Positions 49,722 to 62,640 of a DNA stretch of 64,000 nt are shown here, piece after piece. The stretch's first letter is position 1. Each line of letters starts with the position of its first letter. The translations under genes and the position numbers were made by a program. Source of the DNA: the human T2T-CHM13v2.0 reference genome, Homo sapiens; the NCBI RefSeq assembly GCF_009914755.1, contig NC_060932.1; one strand, given 5' to 3'. The notes beneath the pieces are model-generated. The model searched no databases and had not been told where the DNA came from. It was given only the letters and a program-made list of their open reading frames with translations.

Positions 49722-52700
49722 GTTCAATATATTTTAAGTTTATACTGAAACTATTTAAAATAAATAACTCTATAGAATATATAAACTATTAGTTATAGTT
49801 TTCTTTTGCTTTTTAAACCTAGTTTGTTTCCCAAAGCTAATGTTAGATAAAAAGATAATCAAAGTAGCCAGATGGTCGTTAATCATGAGGGCTTTTTATT
49901 CTATAAACATAAAAATTCCATCACCTCCGAGGAGTTTCACATGTATCTTGGATTCATCCTAATGTGGGGTATGAAAAATTGGTTTCAATTCAGATGTACG
50001 ATTTAGATCACTTACCTTTTTCTTCCTTATTTTTCTTGAGTAGGGTTGTGAGAAATGGCTCAATGTAAAAGGCATAAACATAGAATTCTTGATGTAAATG
50101 GATGTAGTCAGCCTCAATCTAATTAAAGATTTCTCTCTTTCCTTTACCCTTTGTCAGTATCTTTGTCTCTTGCTTCTAGAAATTAAATTGGAAATTTTAC
50201 TATGTTTCTGTCCTTTTCTAACCTTTACTTTTATTTGCTCACACACATATGCTAAGATGCACACAGATACACAGAGACACATACAGTGTAATTTGCAGAT
50301 AAAGGAATTCACACAGAAAACATATATAGGGTGAAGTTACTTTGTATAGTATAATTACCATGGTACCCTCTACTCTACATTTCCTAATTTATCTGACCAA
50401 CTTGGCATTCAATGTGAAGTATATTGTGTGAGTTATGTCTATTAATACATTATGACTTATAATTTATAAACCACCTTTAATGCAAAGCAAATACTATTTC
50501 AAGGGGAAAAATTGCATATTCAATTTTTCTTTATTTATACATACCCTAGGATTTACTTACACATGGATGATTTATAGAGATTTCCCCATTGTTTTAAAGT
50601 AATTTATGGCAACATTCCTTTATCTAATGAAAGCCAAGCAAAGGGAAACAAAACCAAAACCCCTTTTGATAGAGAAATGCTGAGTGAGAGGTACTAGGAA
50701 GGGGCACGAAAAAGCATATTCTATGGCTTAATGCTCTAGGCTTACAAAAGCATGGTGTTGGAATGGTAATTGGATTTCTGAGCATTGCTTTTGTGAATAG
50801 ACTGCTTAAATCATTGAAAAGGAAATCATTGCAGAAAAGAAGCAGGGAAGAATTGCACAGGCTGTTTGAGTACTTACAAACTAAGAATAACATACGAACA
50901 ATGAAGAACTGGTTTAGTGCTGTTGAGATTTGACATCTTTAAAAACCTGATATTGTAGCTGTAGTTTTGATCTTCGTTCCTTTGTTGAATGAAGTCCCAA
51001 TGCATTTTGGACCAGTACTTTCAATGAGGGCTGAAACAAATGAGATTTTTAAAATGCTTTTTCCGAAAAATAAAATTTTCCCCCAAGTCCACATTATATT
51101 TTTGTTTGAAAAACACAGATACAGATACATATGCATCTCTATTTTTAGTTTGTTTCACATGTTTATTTCTGCGGTGGTTGACTTGCCATTCTTAAAATGT
51201 TAAAAGTCCTCTATCCTCCCAAACTTTCATGTTAATAGAGTGACTGTCACACTGTAAGCATTCAAAAATTATTTTGATGTGCTAGAAGAGGCTTGGGAAT
51301 TGGAGGTGGTGTCTGGGTGTTAGCCTCTTAAATCTGCATGTAAATTTCCCATCAGCAATTATAAAAGGAAAACATGTCATTTACTAGACAGAGTTAAAGG
51401 ATGTCCACTATCTGCTTTTTCAACAATACCTATCCACTATCACTGGGGAATCGTGAACATGGACACAATTTTTACCTTCAGATAACTTATACGTATTGCC
51501 CCTCTGCCCAGTTTTTGCATTTTACTCTGAAAGGTGCAGAAAGAAACAAGAAAAGATAGGAAATAGACTTCTAGGAGAGTTTGCTTAAAAAAAAAAAAAG
51601 AGTTCCATTTTTCTTGGAGATAATACAACACAGATTTTTACTTGTCCTTGTTAAATTTGCCACAGAAGATAAAACATTTGTTGAGTGTGTAATTCCATGC
51701 TAAACAACTTGCTAGTTATATTAATCATATATTACATATATTGGTCAGAATAACCCTCCCTTTATTTTATGGTGAGCAAATGGAAAACATAGTGATAAAA
51801 ATTTTTCAGGGTCACCATAACTAGAATTTCAATCCAGTTCTTTTGGACTCCAAAGCATATATTTTCCTCTACCGTGCAGTAATTTATTTTAAACATTAGT
51901 TATTTGAAGACAATTCAAGTACTGTATACTTTTCTTTGGGGAATATTCATTGCTTTATGGAATTTCTTTTAATTTTTGTACTCTGTTGTTAAGTTCAAAT
52001 ACAATTGTACTTTTCTCTTTGTTCAAATAGAGGAAAGAAAGTCACTCACAAAGTGGCAATGTGCAAAGGACTACAAAAAACATCTATTCTCCATCTGAGA
52101 CCTAGCTTTATAGAGACAATAAGAACCACTGGGAGGAAACCAGTGAGTGTCAGTGGTTTACTCTAGTGTAAAACATTTGGCTCTGGAAAAAATCATGTTT
52201 TTTATAAAATTGCACAGCACAAGACACAGAAGCACTTTTTATAAAATTATGAATGACAATTTTGAATTTTTAATGTTTTAACTATTTATTTTTAAAACAT
52301 GCCTTACTAGATAGCTTCAGAATATATGAATAAAAATATGTAAATTATTTACTAACATTCAAAGCAGATTATGGTGGTAAGGAAAATGTTCCTGTAATAT
52401 AACCTTCAATAGCAGGTGTTAATTTCACTGATTTCTCACTGCTTATTTAGATGGAACAGTGCCTTCCATACCGTCAATGACAGAGTGTGAGTCCCACAGT
52501 CACTCAGCTGGGCTTCATAATGTCCTACTTATTTCCTGTGTTATGTGAGGTTTGTCACTTAACATTCCTGAGTAAGAATTCTTCTTCTGTAAAGTAGGGC
52601 ACTAATACCGATCTCATAAAATCTCTGGGAGAATTAGCTGACTGATGTAGGAATGTAATAATGGTAGCCAGCTTGTCCTGAGTACTTACAGTGTGCCTGG

Positions 52701-52944
52701 GATCTCCTCAGATTTACAGGCATTAGCATCTTTAGCCCTCACAACAGCCTATAAGGTTTTACTGTTAAGCCTCCTTCCACTGGGGAGACAACTGCAAGGC
52801 AGGAAGGGGCATCATAAAAAGATAGGAGTGTCAGAACCAGTGCTGGAAGCCAGGCATTTTGACTCCACAAATTGTGCACTTGGCCAATATACTATACTAT
52901 CCTGACTCCCACCACTCACCACAAAGTTAGGATTTTTTTTTCGT

Positions 52945-54110
52945 TCATGGCCAACAGGTCTATGAAAAATTGCTCAATATCACTATGAGGGAAACGCAAA
53001 TGAAACTACAGCGAGTTATCACCCCACACTTGTTAGGATGGCTATTATCAAAAAATGAAACAAAAGATAGTCCTCCTATCTAACTGAAATTCTGCATCCT
53101 TTGGCCAGCATTTTCTCAACTCCTACTAACACAACCACCCAAGACCTTTGTAACCACTATTCTGTTCTCTAGTTGTATAGTATCAACCTTTTTTGATTCC
53201 ATATTTGAGTGAGATCATGCAGAATTTGTCTTTCTGTCCTGGATGAACTCACCTACAATAATGTCCTCCAGGTTCATTCATGGTGAGGCAAATGGCAGGA
53301 TTTCCTTTTTCTGTGGCTGAATAGCATTCCATTGTGTGTCTTTACCACATTATCCATTCATCCATTTATGGACTTTTAAGTTGATTTCATATCTTGGCTA
53401 ATGTGAATAGTGCTGCAATAAACATGGTAGTGCAGAGATCTCTATAACATACTGATTCATTTCCTTTGGTTATATACCCAGTGGGGGGATTGCTGGATAA
53501 TAAGAAAACAAGCATTGGTAAGAATGTGGAGAAATTAGAATCCTGTACACTGTTGGGAATGTAAAATTCTGTAGCAGCTATGGAAAATAGCATAGAGGTT
53601 CTTCAAAATGTAAATATGGGACTACCATATGGTTTAACAATTCTACTTCTGGATATGTATCCAAAAGATTTGAAAACAGGGTCTCAGAGATTGTTTGCGC
53701 TCCCCTGTTTGTGGTAGCATGATTCATAATAGCTAAAACATGAGGTATAAATATAGAATGGAATATTATTCAGCCTTTAAGGAAAATCCTGTCATATGCA
53801 ACAACATGGATGAACCTGGAAGCCATTATGCTAAGTGAAATAATCCATGCAAAGAAAAACAAGTACTGCAGTATTTCACTTATATGAGGAGTCTAAAATA
53901 GTCAGACTTACAGAGGCAGAGAATAGAATGGTGGTTGCCAGGAGTTGAGGGGAGGGGAGAAATAGGGAGCTGCTATTCAATGCCTGTACAAATTATACGT
54001 GGTTCTAGAAATCTACTGTATTAAATCATGCCTAAGGTCAATAATACTGTGTTGTATACCTAAAAATGTGTTAAGAGGGTAGATCTCATGTTAAATGTTC
54101 TCACCACAAT
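52945..54110 (+). mobile_element. Old L1M (L1MA/MB) 3' portion, interrupted by an antisense L1MA fragment at ~53070-53498
   Basis: ATGGCCAACAGG...GTTAGGATGGCTATTATCAAAAA resumes at ACAAGCATTGG...GGAGAAATTAGAA and ends AAGAGGGTAGATCTCATGTTAAATGTTCTCACCACAATAA. Confidence 0.75.
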
Positions 54111-54113
54111 AAT

Positions 54114-54550
54114 CTGCATGGGTTGAATTGTGTCCCCCAGAATGATATGTTGCAGCACTAACCCTGGTACCTCAGAATGTGACCTTATTTAGAAATGGTG
54201 TCCTTGCTGATATAATTAGTTAAGATGAAGTCATGCTACAGTAGGCTGAGTTCTACATCCAATATGCCTGGAGTTTTATAAGACAATGTGAATTTACAAA
54301 GGAAGATGCCACGTGATGATAGAGGCATAGATTGGAATTATAAAGTTGCAATCCAAGGAATAACAAAGATGACCAGCCTCCTCCAGAAGCTAAAAAAAGG
54401 CAAGAAAGGTTCCTACCCAGAGTCTCACAGGGAGCATGGCCCTACTGACATCACAATTTCAGACTTCTATCCTCCAGAACTGTGAAACAACACATTTCCA
54501 TTGTTTTAAGCCACCCAGTTAGTGGTCCTTTGTTATGGAAACTCTTACAC
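54114..54550 (+). mobile_element. MaLR solo LTR (MLT1B/C-like)
   Basis: GGGTTGAATTGTGTCCCCC...CCTCAGAATGTGACCTTATTT...CCTCCAGAACTGTGA...TTGTTTTAAGCCACCCAGT. Confidence 0.8.
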
Positions 54551-55015
54551 ACATACATATATATATGTATATTTAATAGATATTTTAAGAAATATTAAGC
54601 AAAGTATTAGGTACAATAATTGCTCAAAAGCGATTGTTCCTATTTTATATAGTCTAATAGTGGGGAAGTCTGTGCTTATGGGAAACTTTTAAAAACATCA
54701 AACACTTCCTGTGTGTAATTTGCTAAAGTTAAAAATCTGTAAAACCACAGTGTTCTTGTGTAGTCCTTCAGGAGACAAATATGTGCCTTTCTTGACATGG
54801 AAGTTTCTTTCCACCTCAGCCAGTAGCACATTCACTCCAAACTTAGCATTCATCATTTATGGCAATCAGATCAGTATTTAGGTCTATATTGCCTTGTAGT
54901 ATTTATTTTTATTTTAACCATCTTATTTTCTTTATGTATGTAGATTATAAATTCTTAGAGGGAGAGAATTATATTTTATAGTTTTGTAACATAGCACCTA
55001 AAACAGGACGATGTT

Positions 55016-55369
55016 TGATATGGTTTGGCTGTGTCCCCACCCAAATCTCAACTTGAATTATATATCCAAGAATTCCCACATGTTGCGGGAGAGACCCAGT
55101 GGGAGGTGATTGAATCATGGGGGCTGGTCTTTCCTGTGCTATTCTTCTGATGGTGAATAGGTCTCACGAGATCTGTTGGGTTTATCAGGGGGTTCTGCTT
55201 TTGCTCCTTCCTCATTTTCCCTTGCTGCCACCATGTAAGAAGTGGCTTTCACCTTCCACCATGATTCTGAGGCCTCCCCAGCCATGTGGAACTGTAAGCC
55301 CAATTAAACCTCTTTTTCTTCCCAGTTTGGGGTATGTCTTTATCAGCAGCATGATAATGGACTAATATA
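55016..55369 (+). mobile_element. THE1 solo LTR (THE1A-like)
   Basis: TGATATGGTTTGGCTGTGTCCCCACCCAAATCTC start, GAGGCCTCCCCAGCCATGTGGAACTGTAAG, ATTAAA signal and GGACTAATA end. Confidence 0.9.
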
Positions 55370-55428
55370 TGTGTGCATGTATGTGTGTGTGTGTGTGTGT
55401 ATGTGTGTGTGTATATATATATATATAT
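55370..55428. repeat. (TG)n(TA)n microsatellite
   Basis: Read directly. Confidence 0.9.
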
Positions 55429-55556
55429 AATACCATGTGTAACATTTGAAAATATATATATTCAAATTTCAGTCTCTGGCATTCATACTGAAATTTGTTT
55501 GTGGGTACCTCAATTGGTCAGCTTAATGATGTCTTCCCTTCTCAAGGGAAGGTAGG

Positions 55557-55938
55557 TATATTAGTTTTCTAGAGCTGCCATAACAAAGTACTACAGACTG
55601 GGTAACTTAAAACAACAAAAATGCATTGCCTCACTGTTTGGGAGGCTACAAGTCCAAGATCAAGGGTTGGCAGGGCTGGTTTCTTCTGTGGATATCTCCT
55701 TGGTTTGTTGTTGGCTGTCTTCTCACTGTATTGTCACATGGCCTTCCCTTTGTGCCTGTGTCCTCATCTCTACTTTTTAAAAGAACACTAGTCATATTAG
55801 ATTAGGGCCCACCCTAATGACCTCATTTTAACTTACCCCTTTTATAATCCATCTCCAAACAGAGTCATATTTTGAGATATCGGGGGTTAGGACTTTAACA
55901 TATGAATTTGAGGGAGACGCAATTCAGCACAAAGCACA
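55557..55938 (-). mobile_element. MaLR solo LTR (MLT1A/B-like)
   Basis: GCTGCCATAACAAAGTAC...GGAGGCTACAAGTCCAAGATCAAGG...ATTAGGGCCCACCCTAATGACCTCATTTTAAC. Confidence 0.8.
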
Positions 55939-56273
55939 AGGCATAAATAACTTGTTTTTGTACAGATTCTTAGCTAAGGAACTACCTTTCTAGAAAGCCC
56001 TGTGAAATATTCAAAAGTATATGAGGTGACAGATACATGAATTAGCTTGATTTAACCATTTCACAATGTATACAGGTACCAGAACATGCTGCACACTGAG
56101 AATATATTTCATTTGTACGTGCCAGTTATACCTTAGCCATAAATTCATGTGGATAGATAACGTTTTTCTTTAAAAGCAAACTTAAAGAATATTAATCAAA
56201 GAGTATTCATATCAAATAATTACTGACAGTGTTGTTTTCCAACCTGATAATTTTCTTGAGGTAAGAAAATATA

Positions 56274-56430
56274 GATCACGGCTGACTTCAGCCTCGACTA
56301 CCTGAGCTCGAGTAATTCTCCCAACTCAGCCTCCCGAGTAGCTGAGATCACAGGTGCACACCACCATGTCTGGCAAATTAAAAAAATATATATATTTGTA
56401 GAGACAAAGTCTTGCTATATTGCCCAGACT
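56274..56430 (-). mobile_element. Old Alu (AluJ-type) internal fragment
   Basis: CAGCCTCGAC...CTCAGCCTCCCGAGTAGCTGAGA...TTTGTAGAGAC...TTGCCCAGACTG. Confidence 0.8.
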
Positions 56431-57524
56431 GAATAATATGCTTGATCAAACTGCTAATATTGATTTGGATTTGAATATAGTAATCCCTATTATTTCAAGT
56501 AATAATATCTTCAAAGTAATGAATGCAAAGGAGATAAACTGATATTTGAACACACTAACATGACCATTTCAAGAATATGACATGACCTCTTCAATTGCTC
56601 CATTCGGCTTTTAGATGGAAGGAGAATGCATTAGTCTCTTACAGGATGTACTGTCTTTATCTGAGGAACTTTGAAGAGTATGAAAAACAGCTACTAGGGA
56701 AAAAAGAAAGCTTTTATATTCTTTGATGTGGAGGATTCTGTGATTCTAACACTGTGATTATTTCTTTCTGTACCAGAGCTTACTAGCCTACACAGATATT
56801 AGAATTCATAGCTATATGTAATTCAAATTTATTTCTGTATGTGAGAAGGAATGTGATTCCCTTCTCTAAAAATCATTTACTGTATAGACATAACATAACA
56901 TTATCCCTCTATTATTGGTAGAAATATTACAAATCTTGGATGAAATTTTTTCTCAAAGCACAAATTTATGCTGCTAAATATATTGATTCAGATCAGTCTC
57001 CAAAAACAACACTAAATAATTAGTAGTTTTCAGAAATTTTAGAGAAAAAAGGGAAAAATATTCAGAGGGGACTTTTTAATGAACTCTAGAGACATACATT
57101 AATGTAAGTAACTGTAAGTCGGTGATGTTCCACAATTACTTTTTACTACCCACCATATAACAAGATTGGATCATGTGAAGTGCTGTGCTTAAAACTTAAT
57201 CTTAATCTCAACATATCACAGAACTACATTTGCCTTGTTTGCCAGTAATTGAATATTCAGGGTAATCACTACCATACTCACCAAAGAAACTAAGGCCAGC
57301 CTCTCTTTCCTGAATCTTACTAGATTGTAGTTCTAGAATTGGCCTTTTCTTTCACTCCTGAAAATAAGGCATTGAACTGTGTTTCAGGGCAGGACCCAGT
57401 CTTTCCTACTCACCCTACTGTCTCTAGATTTACTCAGAGCTGTCCCCTGATGGAGATGCAGGATTGGATAGAAAGGATGCTTTCTTCTCTAGAAATATGG
57501 TTGTTGTGGATTAAAAGTGTCTGG

Positions 57525-57668
57525 AGGTGAGGGATAGAAGACTTCACATAGGGTACAGTGTATACTGCTCAGGTGATGGGTGCACCAAAATCTCAGAAGT
57601 CACCTCTAAAGAACATATTCATGTAACCAAACATCACCTGTTTCCCAAAACCTATTCACGTAAAAAAA
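57525..57668 (+). mobile_element. L1PB/L1MA extreme 3'-end fragment
   Basis: GGGTACAGTGTATACTGCTCAGGTGATGGGTGCACCAAAATCTCAGAA...CATGTAACCAAA followed by a short A-run. Confidence 0.8.
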
Positions 57669-58211
57669 TTAGAGATTCCCAAATCCATTTCCAGTAAGTC
57701 TGAAGTAGTTGATCTAGGCAATTTGAAGAAGATTAAAAATTATTAAATACTCTAGATGATTCTGATATGGATGACTAAGAGCCCTACTCCAAGACAGGCT
57801 CAGAACTCCAGAATGCTGACAGCTGAATGAAAAGGGAACATTTGCTTCTCAGTAGAAACCAAGCAGTATTGAAGAGGTAGAGGGCTAGAGAGGAAGCCAA
57901 GAATAAAATTCCTTAAAAATGAATGGGTGCTTCTGATCCAAAATGATTTTTCAGAATTTACTACATATATAAGGCAGCCTATCCCCTTTTTTATGAGATC
58001 AGTTTTATATTGGGAACTTCTCACATTATCATGTCTTTAAAAAACAAACAAAAAATAAAACCTTCGCAGAGGCACTAAAAAGAGAGTGTCTTTTCAACAA
58101 TCATGGGAGTTTTTTTTTTTTTTTTTTTTTTTTTGAAGTTTTAAGCTACTTATTTATTGTTTGGGAAGACAGTGGTGGATGTACTTCTTGGAACATTTTA
58201 ACTTAGTTTCT

Positions 58212-58417
58212 AAAACAGCTTTATTGGGGTATAATTGATATAAAAACAGCATACATATTTAATCTATATAATTTGATGAGTTTGAACATACACATACATC
58301 TGTGAAACTTTACTGCAAGATTATAATAAACATATCCATGACTCTCAAAAGTTTCTATGTGCCCCATCTCCTATTTTGTTGTAAGGACATTTAACATAAG
58401 ATCTACCCTCTAAACAA
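58212..58417 (-). mobile_element. L1MA/MB 3'-end fragment
   Basis: AACAGCTTTATTG.GGTATAATTGA...AATTTGATGAGTTTG...TTAACATAAGATCTACCCTC. Confidence 0.65.
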
Positions 58418-59170
58418 TTTATTTATTTATTTATTTTAATAATTTCAAGTTTTGTTTTAGATTTAAGAGGTATATCTGCAGATTTCTTACATGGGTATAA
58501 TGAGTGATGCTGGGGTTGCTGCGATTGAACCTGTCACCCAAGAAGATAGCATAGTACCCAACAGTTTTTCAACCCTTGCTCCCTCCTCCTTACCCCCTTG
58601 TAGTAGTCCCAATGTTTATTGCTGCCATTTTTATGTCCATGTGTGTCCAATGTTTAGCTCTTACTTGTAAATGAGAACATGTTGTATTTGGTTTTCTGTT
58701 TCTGAATTAACTTAGAATGATGGCCTCCAGCTGCATCCATGTTGCTGCAAAGGACGTGATTTCATTCCTTTTTATAGCTGTGTAGCATTTCATGGTATAT
58801 ATGTACAATATTTTCTTCATGCAATCCACCATCAATGGGCCATAGGTTGATTTCATGTCTTTGCTATCGTGTTGTGATGAACACACAAGTGCATGTGTCT
58901 TTCTAGCAGAACAATTTACTTTCTTTCAGATATCTACCCAGTAAAGGGATTGCTAGGTTGAATGGTAGTCCTAAGATCTTTGAGAAATCTCCAAATTACT
59001 TTCCACAGTGACTGAGCTAACTTACATTCCCATCAACAGCACATAAGCATTCCCATTTCTTTGCAGCCTCACCAGCATCTGTTGTTTTTTGACTTTTTAA
59101 TAGTAGCCATTCTGACTGGGATGAGATGGTATCTCATTGTGGTTTTGATGTGCATTTCTCTGATGATTAG

Positions 59171-59567
59171 TGATATAGATTGGATATTTGTCCCTGCCCA
59201 AATCTCATGTTGAATTGTAATTCCTAGTGCTGGAGGTGGGGCCAGGTGGGAGGTGTTTAGATCATGAAGATAGATCCCTGATGATTTGGTGCTGTCTTCA
59301 TGATAGTGAGCTCTTGAGAGATCTGATTAAAAGTGTGTGGCACTTCTCCTTCCCCCTTTCTTTCTCTCGCTTGCACCTGCTTTCATCATGTGATGTGCTC
59401 CCTCTTTGCCTTTCACCATGATTGTAAGTTTCCAGAGGCCTCCCTAGAAACCAAGCAGATGCCAGCATCATGCATCTGCAGAACTGCAAGCCAGTTAAAC
59501 CTCTTTTCATTATCAATTACCTTGTCTCATGTATTTCTTTATAGCAATGCAAGAACAGCCTAATGCA
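59171..59567 (+). mobile_element. MST (MSTA/B-like) MaLR solo LTR
   Basis: TG...CA termini with 5-bp TSD ATTAG at 59166-59170 and 59568-59572. CCCAAATCTCATGTTGAATTGTAA and CCATGATTGTAAGTTTCC motifs. Confidence 0.9.
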
Positions 59568-59939
59568 ATTAGTGATGTTGAACAATTTTTCCTGTATTTG
59601 TTGGCCATTGCTATGTCTTCTCTTGACAAGTATCTGTTCATGTCTTTTGCCTCACTTTTTAATGGGGTGATTGGGTTTTGCTTGTTGAATTAACTTTCTT
59701 ATATATTCTGGATGTTAGACCTTTGTCGGATTAGTTGCAAATATTTTCTTCCATTCTGTAGGTTGTCTGTTTAGTTTACTCCGTTGATAATTTCTTTTCC
59801 TGTGCAGAGGCTCTTTAGTTCAATTAGGTCCTACTTATCAATTTTTGTTTCTGTTGCAATTGCTTTTGAGGATGTATCCATAAATTACTTCCCAAGGCTG
59901 ATGTCCAGGATTGTGTTTTCTAGGTTTTCTTCTAGGATT

Positions 59940-60250
59940 ATTTTACTTATTTATTTATTTATTTAGAGACAGGGTCTCACTCTGTTGCTCGTGCTGGAGG
60001 GCAGTGGCACAATCTCTGCTCACTGCAACCTCCACCTCCTGGGCTCAAGCCATCCTCCTGCCTCAGCCTCATAATTAGATGGGACTACAGGCATAGGCCA
60101 TCTCAATAAGCTATTTTTTTTTAAATTTTTTGTTGAGCCGAGGTTTTGCCATGTTGCCCAGGCTGGTCTCAGATTCCTGAGCTCAAGTGATTCGCCCACC
60201 TTGACCTCCCAAAGTACTGGGATTAAAGGCATGAGACACCGTACCCAGCC
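59940..60250 (-). mobile_element. AluJ (Jb-like) SINE nested in L1PB
   Basis: CCTGGGCTCAAGC and CCTGAGCTCAAGTGAT J-type diagnostics. TSD CTTCTAGGATT at 59929-59939 and 60251-60261. Confidence 0.9.
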
Positions 60251-62089
60251 CTTCTAGGATTCTTATAGTTTGCGGTCTTATATTTAAATATTTAATCCAT
60301 CTTAAGTTAATTTTTGTATATGCTAAAAGGTAATGGTTCAGTCTCATTCTTCTGCATATAGCTAGCCTGCTATTCCAGCACCATTGATTGAAAATGAAGT
60401 TCTTTCCCCATTGCTTGTTTTTGTCAGTTTCGTCAAAGATCAGATGGCTGTAGGTGTGCAGCTTTATTTCTGGGTTCCCTATTATGTTCCCTTGGTCTAT
60501 GTATCTTTTTTTTTTTATCAGTACCAACGTAGGCCTTGGTTACTAGAGCCTTATAGTATAGTTTGAATTCCATTAATGCAATGCCTTCAGCTTTGTTTTG
60601 TTTTGCTTAGGATTGCTTTCGTCATTTGGGCTCTTTTATGTTTCCACGTTAATTTTAGATTTTTTTTTTAATTCTGTGAAAAATGATGTTGGTAGTTTGA
60701 CAGGAATAGTGTTGAATCCATAGATTGCTTTGGGCAGTATGGTTGTTTTAGTGATATTGATTCTTCAAATCCATGAACATGGAATGTTTGTCGATTTGTT
60801 TGTGTCATCTATGATTTCTTGTCATTGTGTGTTGTAATTCTCCTTATAGAGATCTTTCAACTCACAGGAGTCATTTTTATTCCAGCTTGCTCCCTTTTTT
60901 TCTGATGTGTTCTCCTTTCTGCCTGGTAGGAATGTTCCTGCTGTGTACAATACAGGGGATGTGTTTAGAGGTGGCAAACTTGATTAAATATATACTAGAA
61001 ATAAATAATACAAACAAGTGCACTTAGATAGAAGACTTTTCCAATCTGTATTTTGTCTAATATAAGCATTCTTTTAATTTGTCTTTTGGATCATCATTTT
61101 TGAGGGAATCTTATTCCAATAAGCTACATGCATCATCTGTCATTTTGTTTTCAGGATTTATTTTCTGCGTCATGGAGATTAGCTTAATTGTGATAGATAT
61201 TTTGTTGTTTTTTTCATATATATGATTTTCTTTTGCTCATCATTTCTATTGATCTATGCTCCTGATTTTAGTAATTAAAACACAGTTCAGTATGCTAGCA
61301 TTTTCTTCAGCCAAATTTAATAACTTGTCAGATTCTTATGGTCACAATTAAGAGAAAGGTGTTTGTAAGTGTGTTAATACTTAGATTTCTTTATAATTAA
61401 AAAATTATTTGATTGGCTATGCTGGATTTATACTTAATAATCCTTTGCTCATGCATGTCGATAATCTTCACTGGTTACCCAAGGTTCAAACCCTTTTAAC
61501 TAGTGTAAGCATAATGATATGTGCAGTTATAATTGGTTTCAGTAACAAAATTTAAGTCAGAATTGTAGTATAATAAAATCACAGTTAATTCTTAATATCT
61601 CCATATTATTTTACATTTGTAAGTCATTATGATTAAGGCAGAATGTTGGAGCTTACTGCAAAATTTCTTTAGAAAGAAAATACTTTTCCTAAGTTCATAC
61701 AGACAAGTTTAGATATTAGAGTTTGAGGCAGGTAATAATTGGAATTCTTCAGTTCGCTGACAATATTGATATTTATTTTCATAACTTTATGCAAATATTT
61801 TCTTTAAGTACTAAAAAGATGTAATTGATAATGTTCACACTGGTCACTTTCATGACATCTGAAATTTTGGCATGTCCCTAACTTTGTGAGAGACAAAATG
61901 GTGAAGTGATTAACAGCAAGGGGCTAAGTTCAAATTGTGACTTTTTAAAACTTCAGTGGCTTCTGCAAAATGGAGAAAAAAATCATTTGTACTTTGTACA
62001 GGATTGATTTGGAGGGATTGAATAAGATGCAGGTACATAGAAATCACTCAGGAAATGCAGCAACTCTTATAATTAATCTGCTATGTGTC

Positions 62090-62640
62090 CCAGCCCATAG
62101 TAATGACTGATTAGTTTTCTGTACCTGTAATTTTACCTTGGCAAGAATGTTATAAACATAAACCTACTCTCTTAAGTCTTGCTTCTTCTTTCACTAAGCA
62201 TAATGCATTTGAGATTCATCTACTTTGTTCCTTGTTCCACATATTAATATTATTTTCCTTTTTATGCCAAGCAGTATTCTGTTATATGGATATGACACAG
62301 TTTTTTTATTCATTCCTGTTTGAGGGATATTTGAGTTGTTTCCAGGTTTGGAGGATTATGAACAAAGCTACATTAAGCTACATAAAAGTTTTTAGGTGAA
62401 CATAAGTTTTCATTTAACTTGATTTAATCTCTACAAGAGGGATTTCTGGTTTGTATGGTTAAGTGTACGTTTAATAATATAAAAGAAAAAAATCCTTATT
62501 CCCAAAGTAGTTTTACTATTTTTCATTCCCACCAGAAATGAATGGAATTTTCCATTGTTCCACATTCTCTTTGTTACTTACTAGTTTCAGGATTTTGTTT
62601 GTTTATATGTTTTGCCGATCTAATAGGTATGTAGTAGTGG
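62090..62640 (-). mobile_element. Old L1MC/ME 3' fragment
   Basis: CTTCTTTCACTAAGCATAATGCATTTGAGATTCATC...TTGTTTCCAGGTTTGG...CATTCCCACCAG...CTAATAGGTATGTAGT. Confidence 0.7.

Larger units (their letters stand above)
58418..60860 (-). mobile_element. L1PB-type 3' portion, interrupted by an MST LTR and an AluJ
   Basis: L1 3'UTR and ORF2 C-terminal peptides (60183-60527, ...KNKQWGK...QWCW...). The L1 sequence resumes exactly after both nested insertions. Confidence 0.88.

Noticed and set aside
52199-52248. 13-bp direct repeat TTTTTATAAAATT flanking 24 nt
   Set aside because: A low-complexity AT-only repeat is expected by chance here, and there is no tail or recognisable insert.
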